Assembly: GCA_022735715.1 (NCBI GenBank)
Contig: JAIJMN010000001.1
Coordinates: 1-51,732, forward strand
From: Prevotella sp.
GTDB taxonomy: Bacteria > Bacteroidota > Bacteroidia > Bacteroidales > Bacteroidaceae
DNA: 51,732 bases
Direction: 5' to 3'
How positions within the stretch are numbered: the first letter of the stretch is position 1; each line of letters starts with the position of its first letter. A program made the position numbers and the translations under genes. The notes under the pieces were generated by a model. It searched no databases. It had not been told where the DNA came from and saw only the letters and a list, made by a program, of their open reading frames with translations. Positions 1 through 9,366 of the stretch are shown piece after piece.

Positions 1-2
1 CC

Positions 3-1466
3 CACAACACCCTTATACGCCACGATGCGGGGCGTGTTCGGCCCCGTAGTCTCCAGTATCATGACGCCCTGGCGGTCACGCTCGTTAGGGTTCTGGTTGC
101 CGTCAAGCACTATTGTGTCGCCAGCCATGGGCACGTCGCTGCCCGTCTCGCAGTTGTCCTTCGCTATCTCTATCCACCCGAACTTCTTGCCGTCATACAG
201 CACATTGCCCACCTCGTCAGTCAGCGTCACATTCTCTTCGCTCACGGCCGTCACCAGTCGCCACCACGAGCGTGTCGGCTTCTGCTTGTCAGCCAGCCCG
301 AACGTCTGGCAGCGAGCCTGGTCGCCCACACGCCACATGTTCTGCGTCGCCGTAGTGCCGTCATCGGCCAGCAGCCAGCAGCGCCAGCCCTTCAACTTGT
401 CAGCCTCTATCAACTCCTCGGTTTTGAATATCCTGCCCCCCGAACCGCTCAGGTACACATTGCCACCGGCATACGACAGCTTCCTCACCTCAAGCTCTTG
501 GAAAATAGCCTTGCCCCACACTTGCAAGTCGTGAATGTCAAGTCTGAACTTGCCGTCACCACGGTCAACGATGCCAAACCCCTGCTGTGTCGCCCCGTCG
601 TAGCCCAGCGACACGATACGTCGCAGCACAGCATCCAGCATCTGCACGTCGCCCAGCACCGCATTGCCCTTAGCGTCGATGCCCTTCTCACCGTCGCCCA
701 GCTTCAAGCCTTGCATAAAGCGGATTATTCCCTGCGCAATATCTTCATGTACGCTCGACAACGAATTATCATCGAGATATTTAGGAGTCACAATTCTGTC
801 TTCAGAGTCAAGTGAAGTGCCCTCTTTAGCAATGCCGTTTAACGATCCCTGTCCATCAAACGTAATACTGCCTCCGGAAACGATATATACAGCCTTGGCA
901 TAGAAGTTCCGAAACCAAGTGCCCGCCTTCATTGTCATTTCCTTCAAGAAGGTTACAAGTTCAGTCACAGTCTCGTACTTGTACCAGACGGTATCGACCA
1001 TACCTGCCGAAAACGCCTCGTTAGTGGACAGATAGCCTGAGAATATATCAGACTTCCACGTACGTTGTTCCGTACCATTGTCGCCTGAAGAAGTAAGAAC
1101 GCCTTGCAAGAAGATATAATAGTACTTCTCGTTGCCGATCTGTTCTTCTTTCACGTTCTTGCCATAAATGTCAAGTTGCTCCGATGGGAACACGATTCGT
1201 GCCGACTCAGTAGAGCTAAAATCACGTGGAATAGCTGCATATACGTACTTCTCTGAATGACTATTAAATACAGTAGGTGATGCCTGTAATGGCCAACGAC
1301 GAAAATTATGTCCGACATCGTATCCGATAATGTCCTTGACGTACACAAGTATTTGTGCACCGCTCATGCACGATGCCTGAATATAGTCGGGATTGCCTAA
1401 CGCGTTCCGCTCTATATGTAGCGCATAAGGAGAAATCCAATAGTCTTGGGTTGTTGCTTGTGTCAT
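3..1466 (-). CDS. Tail fibre/tail tip-associated protein (3' truncated by window edge)
   Basis: Manual translation from ATG 1466 (MTQATTQDYWISPYALH...) stays open towards the window edge; contains KAIFQELEVRKLSYAGGN and WRVGDQARCQTF...WWRLV segments typical of Bacteroidota phage tail proteins. Missing from the ORF track because there is no stop in the window. Confidence 0.75.
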   Translation of the reverse strand, partial: MTQATTQDYWISPYALHIERNALGNPDYIQASCMSGAQILVYVKDIIGYDVGHNFRRWPLQASPTVFNSHSEKYVYAAIPRDFSSTESARIVFPSEQLDIYGKNVKEEQIGNEKYYYIFLQGVLTSSGDNGTEQRTWKSDIFSGYLSTNEAFSAGMVDTVWYKYETVTELVTFLKEMTMKAGTWFRNFYAKAVYIVSGGSITFDGQGSLNGIAKEGTSLDSEDRIVTPKYLDDNSLSSVHEDIAQGIIRFMQGLKLGDGEKGIDAKGNAVLGDVQMLDAVLRRIVSLGYDGATQQGFGIVDRGDGKFRLDIHDLQVWGKAIFQELEVRKLSYAGGNVYLSGSGGRIFKTEELIEADKLKGWRCWLLADDGTTATQNMWRVGDQARCQTFGLADKQKPTRSWWRLVTAVSEENVTLTDEVGNVLYDGKKFGWIEIAKDNCETGSDVPMAGDTIVLDGNQNPNERDRQGVMILETTGPNTPRIVAYKGVV

Positions 1467-1487
1467 GTACTCTTTTAATTTTCTACT

Positions 1488-1524
1488 GCGAATTTAGCAT
1501 AAAAAACTCTATTCGTGCGGACAT
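1488..1524 (-). promoter_or_regulatory. Phage promoter motif ATGTCCGC-N20-TAAATTCG
   Basis: One of seven copies with identical 20-nt spacing, each upstream of a gene start. Confidence 0.75.
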
Positions 1525-1530
1525 ACGCAA

Positions 1531-1565
1531 ACGACCCCAAGAGCTTATACGTCTCTTAGGGTCGT
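1531..1565 (-). terminator. Hairpin, probable terminator
   Basis: acgaccc/caagag ... ctctt/agggtcgt inverted repeat between the 1610 gene and the next promoter. Confidence 0.5.
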
Positions 1566-1609
1566 AAATCGGCTGCAAAAAAAACAATTCCTAAATCCTA
1601 ACTCCTAAT

Positions 1610-2638
1610 TCAGATGATTGTGCTGCCACAGAAACTGAGTCGTGCTGTGAACGATACGCTGTACATATCTGTCTTGGTATCGTCGGCATACTTTATGGTC
1701 TCTTCCGACTCGAAGATGCAGGGCAGGAACTTGCCGTTAATCTTCAGCCATACGTGTTCGGACATGAGCAATTCGTGGAGATACCAAGCGAGCCATGCTT
1801 CATCCAACGGGTCGGTCATATAGTTCCATCCTTCCTTGTCGCCCTGCTTGCGTACTGCCGATCGAGAGAAGGAGTGCAAGGTCTCCTTGCGTGTCACGGT
1901 GTAGTTGGTGGCTTTGATGCTTGTCTCCTGCGCATAACTCTTGGGTATGCTGATGCTCTCCAACACACCGAACGAGTTGATGAAGCGGAACTCCGTGCGT
2001 CGTACTGCCTCGGAAGCAGGTAGGGCAAAGAGCTTCTGTCCGCCAACGGTCTGTGCGCCTTCTGCCGTTATGTTGTAGGCTTTGGATTCGGGCGCATCCC
2101 ATGTGGCGGTTGCCAGACTTACAGCCGGACTGTACGCATCGGCATAGACGAGCTGTTCGCCTACGCACACCAACTGAGGTGTGGTGTTAGGTTTGCGTGT
2201 AAGTCTGCCCACCTTCATGTCCTGTTCGCCCATCAAGCGGTCGTAGTCGGAAAAGCCACCGAAGATGGTCTGCTTCACTTCTTTGCCGGCGAGATAAGAC
2301 ACAGGCTCCGACTTCTTCACTTCGCCGTCAGTCATATACTCGTCGTATGCCGATACGTTGAATTTTACTACGGGCATTACGCCTGGCTCAGGCGAATACT
2401 CGTAGGAGTCGCGGAAGGAGCGCAATGCCGATGAAACGTCTATCTGCACTGCTTTGCCGTTTTCTGTCAAGACGGGTTCGGTCAAACGTATGGTTTCGTA
2501 GTTACTCACGCCACACTTCACCTCAAACACCATACGATGAAATGAAGGCGAACCGTCAAGCACAATAGGATTGACGGTGAAGACGATAGGGTTGCCGTTG
2601 AATATAGAGCCGTCAACTAATTTCAGATTTGCTGCCAT
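1610..2638 (-). CDS. Putative tail/baseplate structural protein
   Basis: 342 aa, beta-rich, FINSFGVLESI and WYLHELLMSEHVWL segments seen in Bacteroidota phage tail proteins; tail context. Confidence 0.55.
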   Translation of the reverse strand: MAANLKLVDGSIFNGNPIVFTVNPIVLDGSPSFHRMVFEVKCGVSNYETIRLTEPVLTENGKAVQIDVSSALRSFRDSYEYSPEPGVMPVVKFNVSAYDEYMTDGEVKKSEPVSYLAGKEVKQTIFGGFSDYDRLMGEQDMKVGRLTRKPNTTPQLVCVGEQLVYADAYSPAVSLATATWDAPESKAYNITAEGAQTVGGQKLFALPASEAVRRTEFRFINSFGVLESISIPKSYAQETSIKATNYTVTRKETLHSFSRSAVRKQGDKEGWNYMTDPLDEAWLAWYLHELLMSEHVWLKINGKFLPCIFESEETIKYADDTKTDMYSVSFTARLSFCGSTII

Positions 2639-2703
2639 TGAATTTAGAATTTATAGAATTTAAAGAAGTTATAGAAGTTAAAGACATGTGTCTTACATTT
2701 ATA

Positions 2704-5541
2704 TTATATAGCGAAAACCTCCAGTTCCACCTCACCCAATCCGTCCTTTGCAGACACCTCAGCATTTACCTTGTTGATTAGGCATTTCTTGCCGTCGATG
2801 TGCCACCACTCTTTCCAATGGTTCTGAATGTCGGCTATTTGAGCTACGGAGGCGAGGCACTTGACGTAATACTTTTTGCGATGTAGGAGAAAATAGATGT
2901 AATCGACGAGGAAAACGTCTACGTAGCCACGGTTCTTTACTGACGGAGTGTTTACCACAAGCGGAGCATCTGCCCATTCGGGCTGCACCCAAGCACGAGG
3001 CTTTAGTGAGAAACGTTCCTCGTTACCGTTGTCCGGCTCAATGCCGTTATAGTCGTACTCTACGCCGTAGGGGTCAATAGAGTCGGTAGTCAGGGCATAG
3101 TCGCCAGCTTTTGTACGCCACTTCGAGTTGCCGAAGCCGTCATAGTTATAGTCGTAGGCTTCGTGTGTCGCATCGATGCCGCCACCTCGCATGATGGCCA
3201 CCGACAATCCCCAATCGTATGACTGAAGGGGGGAGTTGCCGTCGTCGGTGGAAGAAGGATCGTAGCTCTCACGCAGCGATAGCTCTTCGGTGACGTAGAA
3301 GTCTGCCACCATAGACGACATAATGTTCTTGATGTACTGCTTGACAAACTCATGCTCCATATCCTCGTCAACGAGAGCTGCCATCTGGGTTTTGGCATAA
3401 GAGCCGTTTATAGTACCAATTTCCAAGCCTTCATATTCCTTACCAATTTCAGAAGGCTGCGTGCTATCCTCGGTAGCGCATGTACTACCCGTGATTGCAG
3501 AAAGCGCCTTACGATAGTTTGCATCCACCATGCCGACAGGCACAAACGACGACTTGAATTCTCTGATGAAATCCTCATTGACAGTAGAGCAATCGCCTAC
3601 TTCTACTCCCTTCATAGCAGCGACTTCAAAAAGTCTCGGTTCCATATTACTGACATCGGTAAACTCCTTATCTATTTTGACACGATACTTGTTACCAGTC
3701 TGCAAGTCTACGAATACGCTCATTTCTCCATTATAAACACGATGGATAATGTCCTTATATGTAAGGTTAGTCACAGTGCGGTCTTTAGGATATTCAATAT
3801 AATCATAATCGGTGTTGTAATCCTTTACTTTATTCTTTATGTTATCCTTCTGTTCCTTGGATTCGCTCTCGGCTGCATATCCAGCACGCACTCCCGTTAT
3901 CTTCTCAGTGATGGGTAACATCGAAAGAACTTCGGCGTGGAACTTACGGGGTTCGGGATTCTGCTTGCGGAATACGTCACGAATGAGATAAGCGGTTACC
4001 TTCTTCTGCTCGTAGTCATAATGAAACTTAATACCAAACTGCTGCTCAAGCGAGTCTATTACGTCGGTTACCGACTCAGCGGGGAAATTCTCGCCATTGG
4101 CATACATACGAAAGATACTTGCGCTCATCTGAGCCTTATTGATAATACTCTTGCAAGTGATACTTGCCACTTTGTCTCTTCCTACTACAGCGGTAGTCCA
4201 ATTCTCGTCCTTCACTTGCGTAACCTCAGTATCCTTGAACATTCCCCTGTCATAGAATATATTACCAAAAGAATTATCCACTACCTTATAAATGAAATTC
4301 ACTTTACGATACTTCACCTCCTGTACGTTCTTGTCCTTCGGATGTTCGAGTTTCAACTGACCACCACAACCGCGCGAACTAAGCCAATTGTTCACTTCAC
4401 TAAAAAGATACTGAACTTCATTCTCATTATTAGCGGTTTTATGAAAAAAGGGTTCCTTTACATCACCCTTTTTTTTCAATCCGGCTTTTACTTCTTCATC
4501 CTTTTCGGTGTAAATTGACTTGGCGTAAAGAGGGGTTATGTCGTAAGCACATTTTGTAGTGAAGAAGCAGAGACGGTTTAAGTCGCCGATAGCTGTAAGA
4601 GCCGAATTGTCGAACTGTACACCAAGGTATTCAAAGAGGCAGTCGAGGAAAAATAGTACATAGAAACAAATGCCCGATTGCGGACGGTCGGCATCAAGCA
4701 CCCAGATAGGGCCACGGTCTTCGTACATCTCCTGCTCTTTATCAGAGTTTTCCCCCTTACGCTCGGAAAATTTCTGTACGATGCTGTCAGAAGTAGTACC
4801 ATCTTCGTTAAGGTCGTGATGAGCGTAGCATACACGGGCATTGCAAAAAGGTTTTATGGGGTAGGGGTCACTTACATTGATATACGATGTCAGTACATCA
4901 GGCACCTTTACGCTGTTGCCTTTAGGGTAGGTATAGGTTTTCTTTAATACAGCTTCGTGCTTGTCGCCAGTCTCCTTACACTGAGCAGGATAAGAAAAAC
5001 CAAGAGCTTGCGGTGAGAAGGTAGAATAAGTATAACCTCCACCTACCGAACCAAATTTTTTGTCGCCCTTCTTTCCTTCATATTTAATTACCACCTCTGT
5101 ATTATAACTTACGCTCACGTTCACCTCGTCAATTTTCTCTCCAATCAGGAGTTGGTCGTGGTATTTTGTAGGGATAGGCACCTCGTTGCACTTGAGGTCG
5201 CTAATGAGGTCGGAGAACGACTGTGTGCTTGCATCGACGTTGAGCGAGAGGGAGTCTTCCAGTCGCTCGTCTTCCTGGATGATGGCTGTGCCCGATGCAA
5301 AGGGCACTCCGTCGGCGATGATTTGCATCGGCGTGTGCTCGTAGATCACGGGGCGGATGTCGCTACTAACATCATCCACGTTTTTGAGGAAATGACGGTT
5401 GCCTTCGATGGGCAGCTCAACGGGATAGGAGAACATCTCTGTGTCGTTGAACAATGGGTTGCTCAACTCGATACTGATGGATGCATCTTCTTTTAGGGCG
5501 AGCGGCTTGCCGTCGGCAAGAATTGTAAGTTTGCTGTTCAT
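2704..5541 (-). CDS. Putative tail tip/baseplate hub protein
   Basis: 945 aa; N-terminus (ISIELSNPLFNDTEMFSYPVELP) typical of Bacteroidota siphophage tail proteins. Confidence 0.6.
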   Translation of the reverse strand: MNSKLTILADGKPLALKEDASISIELSNPLFNDTEMFSYPVELPIEGNRHFLKNVDDVSSDIRPVIYEHTPMQIIADGVPFASGTAIIQEDERLEDSLSLNVDASTQSFSDLISDLKCNEVPIPTKYHDQLLIGEKIDEVNVSVSYNTEVVIKYEGKKGDKKFGSVGGGYTYSTFSPQALGFSYPAQCKETGDKHEAVLKKTYTYPKGNSVKVPDVLTSYINVSDPYPIKPFCNARVCYAHHDLNEDGTTSDSIVQKFSERKGENSDKEQEMYEDRGPIWVLDADRPQSGICFYVLFFLDCLFEYLGVQFDNSALTAIGDLNRLCFFTTKCAYDITPLYAKSIYTEKDEEVKAGLKKKGDVKEPFFHKTANNENEVQYLFSEVNNWLSSRGCGGQLKLEHPKDKNVQEVKYRKVNFIYKVVDNSFGNIFYDRGMFKDTEVTQVKDENWTTAVVGRDKVASITCKSIINKAQMSASIFRMYANGENFPAESVTDVIDSLEQQFGIKFHYDYEQKKVTAYLIRDVFRKQNPEPRKFHAEVLSMLPITEKITGVRAGYAAESESKEQKDNIKNKVKDYNTDYDYIEYPKDRTVTNLTYKDIIHRVYNGEMSVFVDLQTGNKYRVKIDKEFTDVSNMEPRLFEVAAMKGVEVGDCSTVNEDFIREFKSSFVPVGMVDANYRKALSAITGSTCATEDSTQPSEIGKEYEGLEIGTINGSYAKTQMAALVDEDMEHEFVKQYIKNIMSSMVADFYVTEELSLRESYDPSSTDDGNSPLQSYDWGLSVAIMRGGGIDATHEAYDYNYDGFGNSKWRTKAGDYALTTDSIDPYGVEYDYNGIEPDNGNEERFSLKPRAWVQPEWADAPLVVNTPSVKNRGYVDVFLVDYIYFLLHRKKYYVKCLASVAQIADIQNHWKEWWHIDGKKCLINKVNAEVSAKDGLGEVELEVFAI

Positions 5542-5560
5542 GTTGGTTTGTTATTATGAT

Positions 5561-5628
5561 AAGCCTTACTGGGCCTTTCTGAGCCTTGCTGAGCCTTGCT
5601 GAGCCTTACTGGGCCTTTTTAAGCCTTT
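5561..5628. repeat. Tandem 10-bp repeat array (RRGCCTTWCT-like, 7 units)
   Basis: aagccttact gggcctttct gagccttgct gagccttgct gagccttact gggccttttt aagcctttg. Confidence 0.9.
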
Positions 5629-5632
5629 GTTG

Positions 5633-6274
5633 TTATACTATTATTTTGGCGTTGCCGTATAGCGTGATGTTGCGGTCGGTCTTGCAGAATACCTTGGTAT
5701 CGCCGTAGGCTTCGAGCTTGCGGTAGGAGAGAGCCTTTACGGTGCCTCCGTGTGCCTCGCACGTCACGCTGCCATTCAGAACGGCATCGGCGGTGGTCCA
5801 TAGGCGGGCGGCTGTGTCGGCATGTATACAGCCTTTGCTTACATGGCCATAGGCAAAGTCGTGAAGTCCTATTAGGGCTTGGTCGCAGCGGTCGCTATAC
5901 ACCTGACTATGATTCCACGCATGGACGGTGGCTTTGCCCAAGACGTAGCAGCGGGCATAGTCGTTGATGTCAACCACGAAGTCGTAGTCGGTAACGATAA
6001 CAAGCACGAACTCTGGCGCTGTCTTAGGACATTCGTTGACGTAGATGCCGGCAGCGTTCATCTCTTTGCGTAGGGTGGGGTAGATGGCAGGCAGACGGTC
6101 GTTGATGATGTCGGCATACTTGCTCTCTACGATGTCTTCCCAGTTGGCTCGCCACACAGCCATGAGCTGACTGATATTTTCGGTGGCGAGCATGGCACGA
6201 TAGCCTTCGGCGCAAGCGTGGCGGTCGTGGCAGGCGGTGGTGCAGATGTCTTTTAGTTGGTGGAATGGGGTCAT
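5633..6274 (-). CDS. Hypothetical phage protein
   Basis: 213-aa ORF in operon; C-terminal short beta-repeat character. Confidence 0.7.
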   Translation of the reverse strand: MTPFHQLKDICTTACHDRHACAEGYRAMLATENISQLMAVWRANWEDIVESKYADIINDRLPAIYPTLRKEMNAAGIYVNECPKTAPEFVLVIVTDYDFVVDINDYARCYVLGKATVHAWNHSQVYSDRCDQALIGLHDFAYGHVSKGCIHADTAARLWTTADAVLNGSVTCEAHGGTVKALSYRKLEAYGDTKVFCKTDRNITLYGNAKIIV

Positions 6275-6287
6275 GGGTCTTGTTTTT

Positions 6288-6327
6288 AAGCCTTACTAAG
6301 CCTTTTTAGGCCTTTCTAAGCCTTTGG
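6288..6327. repeat. Tandem 10-bp repeat array (4 units)
   Basis: aagccttact aagccttttt aggcctttct aagcctttgg; overlaps the stop of the upstream gene. Confidence 0.9.
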
Positions 6328-7378
6328 TTGAAACTTCGCTTTTTACTTTCTCCAATATTGCCTCGTAGCCTTTCAATTCGTCCTCAGTCACGATGTCGGT
6401 GTAGTCTTTGCGGAGTTGGGCGATGCGGTCGGTAAGGCCTTTTGCACGTGCTTTAGTGGATGGCTTGTCCTTTCGCATGATGTACTTTATGAGAGCGTCG
6501 GCTTCGGATTTGTGCTTGGCTGCTGCATCGCGGGCGGCTTTCACCTCGGGGCGGTCGTTGGCTATCTTGTCGGCTACCGACTGGGCGAAGAGAGGGTCAC
6601 GGGCGAGTGCCTTGTCATAAAAAGGACGGAACTGGGCGCGTAGGTTCTGCGGTGGCACGTTGCACGCCTTTTCTATTCGGGCGATGTATTCGGGGTCGCC
6701 AGTGCGTGGGGATAGGCGAAGGTAAGCCTCGCCAATTTCGCGGTCTACGTTGATGTAGATGCGTGGCAGGATTTCGCTCTCTATCTTCACGGCACGGGTG
6801 GCGAGAAGGGATATCTCTTCTTCGGTGTAGATAGGTCTGCCAGCCTTCTCGTTGGCTTCGGCCATGATCTTGGCTTGCTCAGCCTTTGCTGTCATCTCAT
6901 TGCGCAGGGAACGCACGGTATTGACTTGCTCTTGCAGACGTTCGGAGAGAAACGGTCGGAGCTGCATGAGGTTGGGCATGGTGGACGCAATGGTCTCGCC
7001 GTTGGGGTTGGCCACGATGCCGCCGTAGGTGAGAGGCTGCAAGGTGAGGTCGGGCTGCAAGTCGGGGAAGAGCGAGCGACGCGCTTCCTCAAGAGCCTTC
7101 TCCTTCTGAGCCTGAGCGTATGCAGCCTGCTCCTCCTTTGTGGGGCGGCCTACGTGTCGCCTTATCTCCGTGCAAGAGGTCTGCATGGTTTGTAGATAGG
7201 TGAGGAGCTGACGTACACGACGATGATAGTCGCGGAAACGTCGGCTCTCCTTTACGAACGACATTGCCCGTGGGTTCTGCTCAAGAAGAGTAAGACCGCG
7301 CTCGAAAGCTTCACGCTGGTCGGTGGTGAGCATACGAGCGGAGAGGGCAGGGGTTAGAATGCGGATTATTTCTTCCAT
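6296..7378 (-). CDS. Hypothetical helical phage protein
   Basis: 360-aa ORF in portal operon. Confidence 0.75.
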   Translation of the reverse strand: MEEIIRILTPALSARMLTTDQREAFERGLTLLEQNPRAMSFVKESRRFRDYHRRVRQLLTYLQTMQTSCTEIRRHVGRPTKEEQAAYAQAQKEKALEEARRSLFPDLQPDLTLQPLTYGGIVANPNGETIASTMPNLMQLRPFLSERLQEQVNTVRSLRNEMTAKAEQAKIMAEANEKAGRPIYTEEEISLLATRAVKIESEILPRIYINVDREIGEAYLRLSPRTGDPEYIARIEKACNVPPQNLRAQFRPFYDKALARDPLFAQSVADKIANDRPEVKAARDAAAKHKSEADALIKYIMRKDKPSTKARAKGLTDRIAQLRKDYTDIVTEDELKGYEAILEKVKSEVSTKGLERPKKA

Positions 7379-7398
7379 AATGCTTTGGTGTTTTTGAT

Positions 7399-7438
7399 GG
7401 GCCTTACTGGGCCTTATTGGGCCTTTCTAAGCCTTTGG
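7399..7438. repeat. Tandem 10-bp repeat array (4 units)
   Basis: gggccttact gggccttatt gggcctttct aagcctttgg. Confidence 0.9.
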
Positions 7439-7443
7439 GAAAA

Positions 7444-8499
7444 CTAATACAGCAGTGGCGACACGAATATCTTGCTGTCTGGTTGGTTGTTTTCGTAGCC
7501 TTTGCTTGTTGAGTCGGTGGTGTTGGTTGAGGGCTTGTCTGGGGTGTTGTTGGCAGCGTCCGCTGCCTTGCGCATTTCCATGAGCCGGAGCACCGAAGTG
7601 CGTAGGGAGATGGCCTCGTTGTGGGCAGCGGCTCGGCGTGCCTTGTCAATAGTGAGAATTGTTGTGCGCTCTTCGAGGTGAGCCACCATCAGGCGACGAA
7701 CCTTGCGAAGGAGTGGCTTGTCGGCAGGGTCGTCGGTGTGGAGCAGACGCTGCACCGTGTCGTCGCCGATAGCCTCGCTGATGTATTCGTCCTGGATGAA
7801 GTGGAGATCGGGCAGAAGACGGATGAACTTCTCACGGCTTTCGTAGATGTCGAGGTAGTGCTGAAGGTCGGCACATGTGGCAATGAGGAGGTCGTGGTGG
7901 AGGTAGTAATAGGTGCTCTCTTTCCATAGATTCGTGATTTCCTCAATCTCAGTCGTTTGCACACTTTCGTCCGTTTTCGGTACACTATTGTCGGTATTCG
8001 GTACGCTTTCGGCTGTTTTCTGTACGTTAGAAGCCTGTTTTTTAACACAATCCTTTGCCCAACCTTCGAGCATTACGAGCATCTGATTGAGCGACACCAT
8101 TGCCTCGCGCTTATAGCCCTGCACACCCTTGTCGAGTAGGTCTTTGGATGCCGTGGCGTAGTCGTCGCTTGAAGCCACGTTAATGCCAGTGCCGTTGATG
8201 GAGAGGGCCTGTGTGTAGGCGAAGCGCGACATGGCATCGTATGTCACCATGCGCTGTGCAATAAGCAGGAGTTGCATCCAGGGTTGCTGAGTGTGTTCGC
8301 CGTTGCTGACTGCCATGTAGAAGTCGTCGGGCGAGACGGTCTGATAATACTCGCACAAACGGTTGTAGAGCGAGTCGCCCAACTTGTCGCGCAAAAAATC
8401 TTTCTCGCTGTTGTCGAGTATACCTTGAAGAGAACTTATCTCGTCGATGGCGTTGCTGGGAATGTGGAGCCGAAGCTCCTTGGTTGTTGATAGTATCAT
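7444..8499 (-). CDS. Putative head-tail adaptor (DUF6712-like)
   Basis: 351 aa downstream of portal; helical two-lobed pattern recalled from Bacteroidota phage DUF6712 proteins. Confidence 0.5.
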   Translation of the reverse strand: MILSTTKELRLHIPSNAIDEISSLQGILDNSEKDFLRDKLGDSLYNRLCEYYQTVSPDDFYMAVSNGEHTQQPWMQLLLIAQRMVTYDAMSRFAYTQALSINGTGINVASSDDYATASKDLLDKGVQGYKREAMVSLNQMLVMLEGWAKDCVKKQASNVQKTAESVPNTDNSVPKTDESVQTTEIEEITNLWKESTYYYLHHDLLIATCADLQHYLDIYESREKFIRLLPDLHFIQDEYISEAIGDDTVQRLLHTDDPADKPLLRKVRRLMVAHLEERTTILTIDKARRAAAHNEAISLRTSVLRLMEMRKAADAANNTPDKPSTNTTDSTSKGYENNQPDSKIFVSPLLY

Positions 8500-8573
8500 G
8501 CGCTATGCGAATTTTGAGTTTTGATTTTTGAGTTGTCGCCGTTGGCGATTAGGAATTATCCATTTTTGAGTTG
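8498..8573 (-). repeat. AACTCAA-heptamer element with central hairpin
   Basis: Reverse complement aligns with 49128-49195; hairpin TCGCC-AAC-GGCGA. Confidence 0.8.
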
Positions 8574-9344
8574 TCAGAACAGCGTGAGCTGCGCTTGCTC
8601 CTGCTTAATGCGCTTACAAGCCTCGTCGTAATACTCCTTGTTGAGTTCAAAGCCGATGAAGTTGCGCTTCTCGCGAATGGCTGCAATGGCGGTGGTGCCG
8701 CTGCCCATACAGTTGTCCAAGATGGTGTCGCCCTCGTTGGAGTAGGTGCGAATGAGGTACTGAATAAGAGCTACGGGCTTTTGAGTGGGGTGCATATCAA
8801 GATTCTTTTCTTTGTCGAAGAACAATACAGATATAGGATATTTCTCAGTTGATGCTTCTTTTGAGTAAGTCTCAATATTATAGTTTCCATAACAGACATT
8901 ACCCTTTGCTTTTCCGTGTTTATGCCCTCGTGAGTGAGTGGGGAAACCTTGTCTCATCTGCGGATTGTATGTAGGTAGCGCACGATAGAACACAGCAATA
9001 TCCTCATGGATCCGCATAGGCATTCGCTTCGCATTGAGAAATCCTGTTGGTCTGTCTTTTTGCCAAATTAGATTATATCGCCATGTGTCAGGTTCTGCCA
9101 TCATTAACTGTGCCGTAAACATTCCTTGACCGAAGAGAATAATAGGAGCGTTAGTTTTTGCTATTCGCCAGTATTCTTTGAATAGAGGCTCCATCGGGAT
9201 AATGTTATCCCATCGTGCCTTTTCATTGCCTTTGTTCAGAACTTCATACGGCAAATCGCACACAATGCAATCCACGCTCCCATCCGGAATCCTTTTCATT
9301 CCTTCGAGGCAGTCTTCATTATATATCTTATTCAGTTCAATCAT
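8574..9344 (-). CDS. Beta-class N4-C/N6-A DNA methyltransferase
   Basis: Motif IV DLPY near the N-terminus, HPTQKP, motif I DNCMGSGTT near the C-terminus. Confidence 0.9.
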   Translation of the reverse strand: MIELNKIYNEDCLEGMKRIPDGSVDCIVCDLPYEVLNKGNEKARWDNIIPMEPLFKEYWRIAKTNAPIILFGQGMFTAQLMMAEPDTWRYNLIWQKDRPTGFLNAKRMPMRIHEDIAVFYRALPTYNPQMRQGFPTHSRGHKHGKAKGNVCYGNYNIETYSKEASTEKYPISVLFFDKEKNLDMHPTQKPVALIQYLIRTYSNEGDTILDNCMGSGTTAIAAIREKRNFIGFELNKEYYDEACKRIKQEQAQLTLF

Positions 9345-9366
9345 TCTCTATATCATTTGTTCGTTA

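Noticed and set aside
1..720. Apparent GC/codon-usage shift within the tail gene (possible module swap)
   Set aside because: Visual impression only, not quantifiable without computation, and mosaicism in tail genes is routine.
5561..7438. Repeat arrays as CRISPR
   Set aside because: Units are 10 bp and contiguous with no unique spacers; no cas genes.
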